A DNA stretch of 64,000 nucleotides, from the NCBI GenBank assembly GCA_022071945.1, contig JAJVIN010000017.1:31251-95250 (forward strand). The letters are read 5' to 3'. A model generated the notes under the pieces. It did not search any database and was not told where the DNA came from. It saw only the letters and a list, made by a program, of their open reading frames with translations. Below are positions 38,640 to 48,000 of the stretch, one piece after another (positions within the stretch are counted from its first letter, which is position 1; every line of letters starts with the position of its first letter). The translations under genes were made by a program, and so were the position numbers. The DNA comes from Thermoanaerobaculia bacterium. GTDB taxonomy: Bacteria; Acidobacteriota; Thermoanaerobaculia; UBA5066.

Positions 38640-40306
38640 ACTCCGGGGAAAGCCGCAGAAAGGCCCTCGAATCCGCCTCGCGCCAGGGCTTCGACCTCCT
38701 GATCATCGGCGGCGGGATCACCGGCGCGGGGATCCTGAAAGAAGCCGTGGAGCTGGGGCTGACGGCCATCCTCGTGGAGCAGCGGGACTTTGCCTGGGGC
38801 ACCTCGAGCCGCTCCTCCAAGCTCGTCCACGGGGGGCTTCGGTACCTGGCCCAGGGCAAGCTCCGCCTCACTCGAGATTCGGTCCGCGAACGGCAGCGCC
38901 TGCTCTCGGAGGCCCCTGGTCTCGTCGAGCCTCTCGACTTCCTCTTGCCGACGTACAGGAAGTCGAGTCCGGGCCCCGTCGCACTGACGGCAGGGCTGAC
39001 TCTGTACGATCTCCTCGCCCTCTCGTGGAGCCATCGCTCGTACGGGTCCGTCGACTTCCAGATGCTCGCCCCGCGCATCAACGCCCGTGGACTCGAGGGC
39101 GGCTTTCGCTATCGCGACGCACAGACCGACGACGCGCGGCTCGTCTTCCGCCTGATCCGGGAAGCCGTCCTGGACGGCGCCCTCGCCTTCAACGACACCT
39201 CCGTCGAGGATTTCGTGCGGACGGGGGACAAGATCCAGGGGGCCGTCGTCCGCGACCAGCTGACGCGCGAGACGTTCACGATCCGGGCGAAGGCCGTCAT
39301 CAACGCCACGGGCGTCTGGGCGGACAAGCTGCGGAGTTCGACCGGAGGATCGCCGAAACTCAGGCCGCTGCGCGGCAGCCACCTCGTCTTTCCCGCCTGG
39401 CGGCTGCCCGTCGCGCAGGCCGTGGGGTTCTCCCACCCGAAAGACCGGCGGCCCGTCTTTCTCCTGCCCTGGGAGGGTGTCACCCTCGCCGGCACGACCG
39501 ACGTCGACCACTCCCCCTCTCTCGATAGGGAGCCCTCGATCAGCGACGAAGAGGTCCAGTACATCCTCGACGCCCTGACCGACCGGTTCCCCGCCGCGAA
39601 CCTGGGAAGGCAGGATGTCCTGTCGACCTTCAGCGGAGTCCGGCCCGTGGTGGCCTCGGGAACTCAGGACCCCTCCAAGGAGTCGCGGGATCACGCCGTG
39701 TGGGAGGAGTCTGGACTCGTCACGGTCACGGGAGGAAAGCTGACGACCTTCCGCCTGATCGCCCGGGACGCCCTCGAGGCAGCCCGGAAGCTCCTGGGCA
39801 GATCACTCGAGTGGCGAAAGACAGCCCGGATTTTCGACCCCGTCGAACCGGGACTTCTCGATGACTATCCTCTCGAGCCGGCGATCAAGGGCCGTCTCCT
39901 CGGCCGGCACGGCAAGGAGGCCCCCGAGGTCCTCCGGAAGGCGCCGGCACGTGAACGGGCTCTCATTCCCGGAACTGGGTACCTCTGGGCGGAGCTTCGC
40001 TGGGCTCTCTGTCGCGAGGCGGTCCACCACCTCGACGACCTGCTCCTGCGGCGGACACGGATCGGCCTCGTCCTCCCCGAGGGCGGGGCCGGCCTCTTCG
40101 ACCGGGTCGAGACGCTCTGCACGACGGAAGCGGGCTGGTCCAGGGAGCGATGGGAAGTGGAGAAGGAGCGTTACCTGGAACTCCATCGAACCAGTTACAG
40201 CCTCTCCGGAGCGCGTGCGAAGATGACGCGCCCGGCCGGTGAACCGAAGCGAGACACTCCGGAAGGGAAGAACCAGAGTGAACGAGCCGTCCCGATCCGC
40301 GTCTGA
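38636..40306 (+). CDS. glpD: FAD-dependent glycerol-3-phosphate dehydrogenase
   Basis: GTG start overlapping the previous stop (GTGA). [14 protein letters not shown] dinucleotide-binding motif. [15 protein letters not shown] is the GlpD signature. Confidence 0.9.
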   Translation: MNSGESRRKALESASRQGFDLLIIGGGITGAGILKEAVELGLTAILVEQRDFAWGTSSRSSKLVHGGLRYLAQGKLRLTRDSVRERQRLLSEAPGLVEPLDFLLPTYRKSSPGPVALTAGLTLYDLLALSWSHRSYGSVDFQMLAPRINARGLEGGFRYRDAQTDDARLVFRLIREAVLDGALAFNDTSVEDFVRTGDKIQGAVVRDQLTRETFTIRAKAVINATGVWADKLRSSTGGSPKLRPLRGSHLVFPAWRLPVAQAVGFSHPKDRRPVFLLPWEGVTLAGTTDVDHSPSLDREPSISDEEVQYILDALTDRFPAANLGRQDVLSTFSGVRPVVASGTQDPSKESRDHAVWEESGLVTVTGGKLTTFRLIARDALEAARKLLGRSLEWRKTARIFDPVEPGLLDDYPLEPAIKGRLLGRHGKEAPEVLRKAPARERALIPGTGYLWAELRWALCREAVHHLDDLLLRRTRIGLVLPEGGAGLFDRVETLCTTEAGWSRERWEVEKERYLELHRTSYSLSGARAKMTRPAGEPKRDTPEGKNQSERAVPIRV

Positions 40307-41882
40307 GAAGGGGGAAGACCTGCTGCTGGCGATCGACGCCGGCACCCAGAGCATTCGCGCCCTCGCCTTCGACCTCGCAGGGAACCTCGTCGCCAAGGCC
40401 AGAGTTCCTCTCGTCCCGTACGTCTCGCCGCACCCTGGCTGGGCCGAGCAGGATCCCGCCTACTACTGGAGATCGCTCTCGGAGGCCTGCCAGACTCTGT
40501 TTGCCGGGAATCCGGGCCTCTCAGAGAGGATCCGGGGCGTCGCGCTGACCACCCAGCGCGCCACGACCGTCTGCCTGGACGGCAACGGCGAGCCTCTCCG
40601 GCCGGCCATCGTCTGGCTCGACCAGCGCCGGACGGAGGGACTCGACCCGATCCGGGGACTCTGGGGCCTAGCCTTCAAGCTCTCCGGGATGTCGGAGACC
40701 GTCTCCTACTTCCAGGCCGAGGCAGAAGTGAACTGGCTGGCCGCCCATGAGCCAGAGGTCTGGAAGGCGACGCGCCACTACGTCCTTCTCTCCGGATACC
40801 TCACCTACAAGCTGACCGGCCGGTTCGTCGACTCGACCGGATGCCAGGTGGCCTACATCCCATTCGATTACAAAAGCCACCAGTGGGCCCGGAGCTGGGA
40901 CTGGAAGTGGCAGGCACTGCCGCTCGATAGAAAGCAACTGCCCGAGATCGTCCCCCCCGGGCAGCCGCTGGGCGAGATCTCGGAGGCAGCCTCGGCCGCG
41001 ACGGGCCTTCCGAAAGGTCTCCCCGTCATCGCGGCCGCCGCCGACAAGGCCTGCGAGGTGCTCGGCGCGGGGTGTCTCGAACCAGACATCGCGTGCCTGA
41101 GTTACGGGACGACCGCAACGATCAACACGACTCACAGGAGCTACGTCGAACCCTACCCGCTCATCCCACCCTATCCGGCGGCGCTCCCGGGCGCCTACAA
41201 CCTCGAGATCCAGATCTACCGTGGCTTCTGGATGGTGAGCTGGTTCCGGCAGGAGTTCGGGCACCGGGAAGAGGAACTCGCCCGCGAACGGGGCGTGGCT
41301 CCCGAGGTTCTCTTCGACGAACTCGTGGCGGACGTGCCGCCCGGGTCGATGGGTCTGATCCTCCAGCCCTACTGGTCCCCCGGAGTGAAGATCCCGGGCC
41401 CCGAAGCCAAGGGCGCGATCATCGGATTCGGGGACGTCCACACCCGGGCTCACATGTACCGCGCCATCCTGGAAGGTCTCGCCTATGCCCTGAGGGAAGG
41501 GAAGGAACGGACGGAGCGGCGGAGCAAGCTCCCGATCCGGGAGATCCGGGTCGCGGGCGGAGGGTCTCAGAGCGACGCGGCCATGCAACTGACGGCGGAC
41601 GTCTTCAACCTCCCCGCAAAAAGGCCGCACGTCTACGAAGCCTCAGGACTGGGCGCGGCCATCGTCCTCTCCGTCGGGCTCGGTCTGCACCCGAGCTTCG
41701 AAGCCGCCGTCGCCTCGATGACGCGTGTGGGCCGGACCTTCACGCCCGACCCGAAGACCGTCGCGATCTACGACCGTCTCTACGAGCGCGTCTACAAGCA
41801 GATGTACAAGCGGCTCCGCCCGCTCTACGAGGAGATCCGGGAGATCACGGGGTACCCGCCGAGGCCGGGGAAGACGGGCTGA
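40278..41882 (+). CDS. FGGY-family carbohydrate kinase (glycerol-kinase-like)
   Basis: [15 protein letters not shown]-terminal actin-fold motif. [13 protein letters not shown]-terminal motif. Start GTG at 40278 (or 40239) overlaps the end of glpD. Confidence 0.85.
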   Translation: MNEPSRSASEKGEDLLLAIDAGTQSIRALAFDLAGNLVAKARVPLVPYVSPHPGWAEQDPAYYWRSLSEACQTLFAGNPGLSERIRGVALTTQRATTVCLDGNGEPLRPAIVWLDQRRTEGLDPIRGLWGLAFKLSGMSETVSYFQAEAEVNWLAAHEPEVWKATRHYVLLSGYLTYKLTGRFVDSTGCQVAYIPFDYKSHQWARSWDWKWQALPLDRKQLPEIVPPGQPLGEISEAASAATGLPKGLPVIAAAADKACEVLGAGCLEPDIACLSYGTTATINTTHRSYVEPYPLIPPYPAALPGAYNLEIQIYRGFWMVSWFRQEFGHREEELARERGVAPEVLFDELVADVPPGSMGLILQPYWSPGVKIPGPEAKGAIIGFGDVHTRAHMYRAILEGLAYALREGKERTERRSKLPIREIRVAGGGSQSDAAMQLTADVFNLPAKRPHVYEASGLGAAIVLSVGLGLHPSFEAAVASMTRVGRTFTPDPKTVAIYDRLYERVYKQMYKRLRPLYEEIREITGYPPRPGKTG

Positions 41883-42175
41883 AGGACCGCTTCAATCTTC
41901 GTTCCGCGTTCCGCTGATCCATGAGGGCGTCCATGAGAGCCGCCGTGTCGCCACCGTCCAGGGGGCGCGCCTGCATCGAGGAGGTCACACCGGGCCGGAA
42001 TCGCACGCCTCTGTGCCACCAACCTGTCGAGAATGCCGGAGTTCTCCGGTAGTGGCCCGAGGAGTGCCACAGGGCGTCCACGAGAGAGCACCTGCAGCGT
42101 GACGCCCCGAGACACCTGGGTGAGGTGCCCGCTCAGATGCTGCCGCAACTCACTGACGGTGACCGTGGCCTCCAT
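41825..42175 (-). CDS. Phd/YefM-type antitoxin domain protein with no cognate toxin (orphan or remnant)
   Basis: [44 protein letters not shown] is a typical Phd/YefM fold. The remaining roughly 70 codons are unstructured and overlap the 3' end of the convergent FGGY kinase gene. No Doc/YoeB/PIN-like ORF sits on either side. Confidence 0.4.
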   Translation of the reverse strand: MEATVTVSELRQHLSGHLTQVSRGVTLQVLSRGRPVALLGPLPENSGILDRLVAQRRAIPARCDLLDAGAPPGRWRHGGSHGRPHGSAERGTKIEAVLQPVFPGLGGYPVISRISS

Positions 42176-42206
42176 GTCGCACAGTGTAGGACCGGCGCGG
42201 CTCACC

Positions 42207-44936
42207 TCACGGGTTGCAGACCGCCGACCTGGGCGCCGGCTCGGACGCGGGACGCGCCTCGAGAACCACTCCTGGCTCGTTCCCGAGAAGCCAGTTACGC
42301 ATGGTGTCGTGATACGAGAAGAGACCCGTCCCGTTCGATACTTTGTCCTCCAGGAACTTCGGGTTATTGCGGAGAGCGGTGTGGTTGTCGCAGTGCGGTC
42401 CGTAGAGGCCCGGGTTCATCGAGATCCCGGCCTTCTCCTCGGCAGTTGACTGTATGCGGGAGAGCCGGTCCAGATGGTCCCAGGTCGCCTGGGCGTACTG
42501 GTACAGCTGGGAACCGAACGGCCATTCGGGCGTTCCGAACGCATCCGTCGTGTTCGGATCGATCAGGTCCTGCCTGAGGAAAAAGGGCGTTGTGATGTGG
42601 TTCTCCCGGACGTGAGCTGGGTCGGCGCAACGCCAGGCGTCGGCGGGGTGGAAGGTCAGACATGACTCATCCATGCGTCCCGCCATCAGCACGCCGAAGA
42701 CGCGCAGGCTCGACTGCCTGGAAGACTGATACGTCGGGAAGCTCTCGTTTGACGGCTCGTTGGCAGCGTCCATGATGCCGCGGACAACGAGCCTGCCGGG
42801 GTTGCGGTTCGTGCTCGCGAAGTAAGGCGCGAGCCGGTCCACGTTCCTCTGGACCCCGCCGGACCCCGCGGACTCCCCCGCGAACAGGATCACTTCCGCG
42901 TCGTCGAGACTCGGGAGAGCCATCGACTGATCGGACGCGGCATCCTTGTAGGTCACGCCTCCTCGCAGTTCGCTGATCACGGCTTCCAGGATCCGGGCGC
43001 CCTGGAAGTTGATCGTGTAGGCGCGCCCCGTCTCGTCCGTGAGATACCGGCTCGCCACTCGTCCGGTCCAGGAGTCCGAGCTGCAGTAGTAGACCCAGAC
43101 CTTGTTGAAGTCGGTGAAGGCATTGATCGGTCCGGTGAAGAGAATGCCGCCGATCCCGATCCCCTTCGCCGTCAGGAACCGCGTCGACATCTTGTCCGCG
43201 CCGAAGTTCGTGTCGATCGAACACCACCGCATCGCGCAGGCCGTCCCCTCACCGCAGAAGCCGCCCCCCTCGAGATAGATGATCCAGCGGTTCGAGCTCG
43301 CCCCCGTTCCCTTGCGCACGTAGAAGAGCCCAGGGGTCCCATCGTTGCAGACGGCCTCCGGATACCGGTCGAGGTCGATCACGACGCGAGAGAGGTTCGT
43401 CCCGGCGGCCACGCCCCCGGCGGAACCCTCCTTCGGGGCGCAGGGACTCGTCACGGAGAAGTTCGGCGGGAGCTCGATCTCGGGATAGGCAAAGGAGTAG
43501 ATGACCGGGTCTCCCGTCCCGTTGTCGATGACGGAGGCATAGACATCCACCGTTCCGTCGCCGAGGAGAACCTCGAGAGTCGAGTTCTCGGGAATCGTGA
43601 CCTCAGGGAAGAGATCCCCGAGGGAGGGCTGGAAGAAGGCGTAGGGACCAAGGCTGACCGCACCCGCGCGGGAGGAAAGGGACACTCCCGCGCGGTCACG
43701 AAGGGTGATGTCGACGACAGCACCGGCGGGACCGGCGAGAAACCCGACGTTGGTTCGATATCCCGGGGTCTCGCTCCCGTGCGTGAGCCCGATGAAGGAG
43801 CCCGTCAGGCCCTTCACGAGGTACCGATCCGGTGCTCGCGTCTTCTGGACGGCTCCGAACGTCGATCCGTCCGCACGGATGTTCGAGGTCCTCCCGAGGA
43901 CGAGAAGGGGCCCGTCGGTCTCGAACCGGAGGGAGCCGCTGGTCCCCTCCGGGGCTCCGAGGGCCCGCAGGATGTCGTTTACCTCTCTGACGGCCCGCGC
44001 CGGGACATCGACCGTGAGGCTTCCCGAGTACGGCTGGCCGGCCGCCACGAGAGAGACCCCCCTGACCGCGACCTTGCGGGAGACGGATTCGGGATTCACG
44101 AGCCTCACATCGGTGCGGAAGAACGTCTCGAATCGTCCCGGACCGCGCGAGGCCCCATCGAGGTACACATCGGTCCAGCTGCCCGGAGTGATCCTCTGCG
44201 GCTGGACCGCGAAGCCGTCACCCGTCACGTTGTCGACCACGGCGCTGTAGCCCGTGACCTTGCCCGAGGTCACCCTGAGCTCGAGCCTGGCCACCGAAAG
44301 CTCGGAGAGAGCGGCGCCCGCGATCTCACGGATGTTGACCTGAGTGGCCAGTGGCCCTCCAGAAAACGTCCTTCGGCCGAGTTCCTTCCCCGCCGTGCCG
44401 AAGACCAAGGCGTCAACCGAGGAACCCGGCTCGGCGAGGACGATGGCGATGTTGGTCCGGAACCCAGTCGAGCTCTCCGCCGACTCGGAGACCCACCCGA
44501 TGTGGCCGGTCTGTCCGGCCACGAGCAGCTTCTCGGTGGGCTCGGCCTCGAGAGCCAGACCGAACGTTCCCGCCGGATCGGCGCTGTTGTAGGTTCGAGC
44601 CGAGATCAGAAGACCTCCCGATGCGGTCACGCGGGCGGCGCCGACACGATCCCCCGGCCCGAAAAGTTCTTCCAAGGCATTCGGCAGGACGAGCGTCTCC
44701 CCCGCGCCGATCCTTCGCGACGCGGGTGCGGCATCGCCCCCCAGGATCGGAATCAGGGCGAACGTGACGTCGACGGGCGATGCCGAGGTATTCCGCAGCT
44801 TCAGGTCGCTCTTGAAGAACGTCTCATTCCTTCCGGGCGCATTGGTGAGCCCCGGCACGATCCACTCGGCACCCAGAACCGGGAGGAATGGAAACCCCAG
44901 TGTGAAAACGAGGATCGCCCGGACGGCTCTCTTCAT
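42207..44936 (-). CDS. Secreted multidomain protein: three roughly 130-aa tandem N-terminal repeats followed by a pectin-acetylesterase (PAE)/Notum-like esterase domain
   Basis: Signal peptide MKRAVRAILVFTLGFPFLPVLGA. Repeats begin NETFFKSDLKLRN / RFETFFRTDVRLVNP / TPGYRTNVGFLAG. Esterase part NRWIIYLEGGGFCGEGTAC...VWVYYCSSDSWTG...FAGESAGSGG. Confidence 0.7.
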   Translation of the reverse strand: MKRAVRAILVFTLGFPFLPVLGAEWIVPGLTNAPGRNETFFKSDLKLRNTSASPVDVTFALIPILGGDAAPASRRIGAGETLVLPNALEELFGPGDRVGAARVTASGGLLISARTYNSADPAGTFGLALEAEPTEKLLVAGQTGHIGWVSESAESSTGFRTNIAIVLAEPGSSVDALVFGTAGKELGRRTFSGGPLATQVNIREIAGAALSELSVARLELRVTSGKVTGYSAVVDNVTGDGFAVQPQRITPGSWTDVYLDGASRGPGRFETFFRTDVRLVNPESVSRKVAVRGVSLVAAGQPYSGSLTVDVPARAVREVNDILRALGAPEGTSGSLRFETDGPLLVLGRTSNIRADGSTFGAVQKTRAPDRYLVKGLTGSFIGLTHGSETPGYRTNVGFLAGPAGAVVDITLRDRAGVSLSSRAGAVSLGPYAFFQPSLGDLFPEVTIPENSTLEVLLGDGTVDVYASVIDNGTGDPVIYSFAYPEIELPPNFSVTSPCAPKEGSAGGVAAGTNLSRVVIDLDRYPEAVCNDGTPGLFYVRKGTGASSNRWIIYLEGGGFCGEGTACAMRWCSIDTNFGADKMSTRFLTAKGIGIGGILFTGPINAFTDFNKVWVYYCSSDSWTGRVASRYLTDETGRAYTINFQGARILEAVISELRGGVTYKDAASDQSMALPSLDDAEVILFAGESAGSGGVQRNVDRLAPYFASTNRNPGRLVVRGIMDAANEPSNESFPTYQSSRQSSLRVFGVLMAGRMDESCLTFHPADAWRCADPAHVRENHITTPFFLRQDLIDPNTTDAFGTPEWPFGSQLYQYAQATWDHLDRLSRIQSTAEEKAGISMNPGLYGPHCDNHTALRNNPKFLEDKVSNGTGLFSYHDTMRNWLLGNEPGVVLEARPASEPAPRSAVCNP

Positions 44937-45065
44937 GAGGAACTCCTGAATCCTTGATTTCCAACTATTGACGCGTGAAGCTGTGCCGGAGTTTACCAGC
45001 CGCGCCCGTTTACGCGTTCCCGCTGCTAGACTGAACCACTTCGACTGGACCCGAGCCCGGCCCGC

Positions 45066-48000
45066 GTGTCAGAGGAGGCCTCGATGAGCTACGCCGCTGT
45101 CGAACCGGAAGTCCCCTGGCTGGGAAGTCCTCGCTTCCGCAGGGTCCTCTCCACCGTGATCCTGGCCGCGCTCCTTCTGTTCCTCGTCGGGAGCGTCAGG
45201 GTCGCCTTGAAGAAGCCATCGGGCTCGCAGGTCTTCCTTTATGGCCAGACGGCTCTCTCGCCCGGAAAACCGGCTTCCTTCCGAGCTTTCGTGCTCGATT
45301 CCCGGGATCGCCGGCCCCTATCCGGGGCGGCCGTTTCGGCCAGGCTCGTCTCGGCTTCCGGAAAGTCCCGTCCCCTCGCTCAGGTGAAGACCGGCGAGGA
45401 TGGAACCGTCCAGATCTCCGGCGAGATCCCGCCGGATCTCCCGGAAGGCAGCTACAGGCTCGCCGTCGAGGCGGACTCTGCCGCCGGGACGAGCGAAGTC
45501 GCGCGCGACGTTTCGGTGAAACGCTCTTTTCGGACCATGGTCTCGACAGACAAGCCGATCTATCAGCCGGGACAGACCATCCACATCCGGACACTTTCCC
45601 TGCACAGCTCCGATCTGGCTCCAGTCGAGAAGCGGCCCGTCACGATCACGGTGCAGGATCCCAAGGGCAACAAGGTCTTCAAGGCCCTCAAGACCACGTC
45701 CGCATACGGGATCGCATCGGCTGACTTCGTGCTCGCCGACCAGGTCAACACCGGCGACTATGCAATCGAGGCCGTCCTGGGCGACACCGTCTCGCGCCGC
45801 AGCGTGGAAGTGAAGGTCTACACCCTTCCCAAGTACCGGATCGAGCTCTCGACGCAGCGCGGCTATTTCCAGCCGGGAGAAACCGCCGCCGTGACCCTCC
45901 GGGCGACGTACACGTTCGGCAAACCCGTGCGCGAGGCCGAGATCGTCATCACGGCCCAGGAGTTCATCGAGAAGTTCAGGCCTTTCGCCGAGGTCCGGGG
46001 CGAGACCGATGCCGAAGGGCGCTTTCGCGCCGAGATTCCCCTGCCGCGAACCTTCGCCGGCCAGGGTGTCAGGAAGGGCGACGCTCCGCTGAAGATCGAG
46101 GCAAAGGTCACGGACAAGGCGGGCCACACCCAGGAGCGTTCCCTCGACCTGACCGTCTCCGAGGAGCCGATCCGCGTCGAGGCATTCCCCGAGAGCGGCG
46201 TGCTCGTCCCCCGGGTCGAGAACATCGTCTACATCGTGACGGCCTACCCCGATGGACGGCCGGCCGAGACCACCCTGACCGTCGGAAAGGATTCGAGGTC
46301 CGTGAAGACCTCGGCTTACGGCATCGCGAAGGTCACCCTGATACCCGATGGTGGAGACCTCTCGGTGCCCATCCGGGCGACCGACTCACACGGTGCTTCC
46401 GTCTCGGTCACGCGGACGCTCAAACCGGGACCAGCGGACGGGTTCATCCTGCGCACAAGCCGGCCGGTCTACCGCGCCGGCGAGACCGCGCACCTCTCGA
46501 TCCTGTCCGCGGCCGAGTCAGGACGGGTCTTCGTCGACGCGGTCAAGGGAGGCCAGACCGTCCTGACGGACACGGTCGACATCAAGGGGCACCACGGGGA
46601 GCTGGCTCTCGATATCAGCCCCGACCTCGCCGGCACGATCGAGGTGCACGCCTACCGGCTCCTGCCAAACGGAGAGTTCGTCAGGGACAGCCGAGTCATC
46701 CAGGTGGAGCCGGCCTCGGACCTTTCGATCGGAGTGGAGCTCGACCGGGAGACCTATCGCCCCGGCGAAAAGGCGCTCTTGAAGTTCCTCGTCGAGAGGA
46801 GGAAGGGGGAGCCCGTTCAGGCGGCTCTCAGCCTCGCCGGCGTCGACGAGGCCGTCTTCGCGCTCTCCGAGATGCGCCCCGGCCTCGAGGAAGTCTTCTT
46901 CCTCCTCCAGGAGGAGATCCTGAAACCCCGCTGGGAGCTTCATGCGGCCCTGCCGGTTGCGCCCGGGAGCGTGCTTGCCGAAGGTGGCGAGCCGCGTCCA
47001 GACCGGGAGGAGGCAAAAAAGGTCCTCTTTGCGGCGGCGGGCGGATGCTCGGCGCCCCAGGTCACCGTCAGCAAGGGATACGAAGAGAAGGTCCGGCAAA
47101 CGCGGGACGAGAAGCGTGCGTACGCGCGACACGTCCTGGCGGGGCTCGCGCTCCTTCCGACGCTCCTCTTCGCCATCTCCACCCTTCTCCTCGGCTTCTA
47201 CGCGGTCGTCCGGCTGATTCACAGGGGTCAACCGGCGGACCTGAGCGCGGAGCATCACGCAGAGCTGCGGTCCACTTCGGGGTGGGTGATCTGGACCTGG
47301 ATGCTCACTCCGTACCTCGTGCTCGCGACCGCGGCGGGCTCGGCCGCGCTTCTCGGCCGGGTCTCGTACCGGTGGGAGAAGGGGGCCGGGGTCCTGGCGG
47401 CCCTGGTCCATCTCGCCCTCTTCGTCGTCCTTCTCAGGGCGGCGAAACGCTGGAAGAGTTCCCCCGCGGCAACCGCGACTCCCCTTCTGAGGAAGCTCCT
47501 CTGGACCGTTCCCACAGCTAGCATTTGCCTCGGACTCGGGTTTGTCGCGCTTCTTCTGGGACTTCAGGGCTACCCCCGTGTGATCCCCGAGGAGCTCGGC
47601 GCGATCGCCCTGGGGACGCTTCTGACCGGCACCCTGCTCATGGCGGGTTTTCTCGCGATCGCGCGCCAGTGCGCGCTCCGGCCGGCCAGCGCGGGTCGCT
47701 GGTTCTGGCTTCTTCTCAGCCGCCCGGCGGCCCTGGCGCTGCCCGCTCTTCTCATGGCGCTCGTCGCCTTCGCCGGGGCTCGACGGTCCAGCCCCATGTT
47801 GGCCGGAAAGATCGCGGATGACGGAGCGATGCGGCTCGAGATGGCCCCGCCGGCCGCCGCCGAGGCGAAAAAGCAGGACGTGATTGGCGCGCCTGCCGGC
47901 ACGCTCGTGGAACCCACGCGAGTCCGCCGGTTCTTCCCGGAAACGCTCTTCTTCCTGCCCGAGGTCATCACGGACGCGGAAGGGAAAGCCCAGGTCGAGA

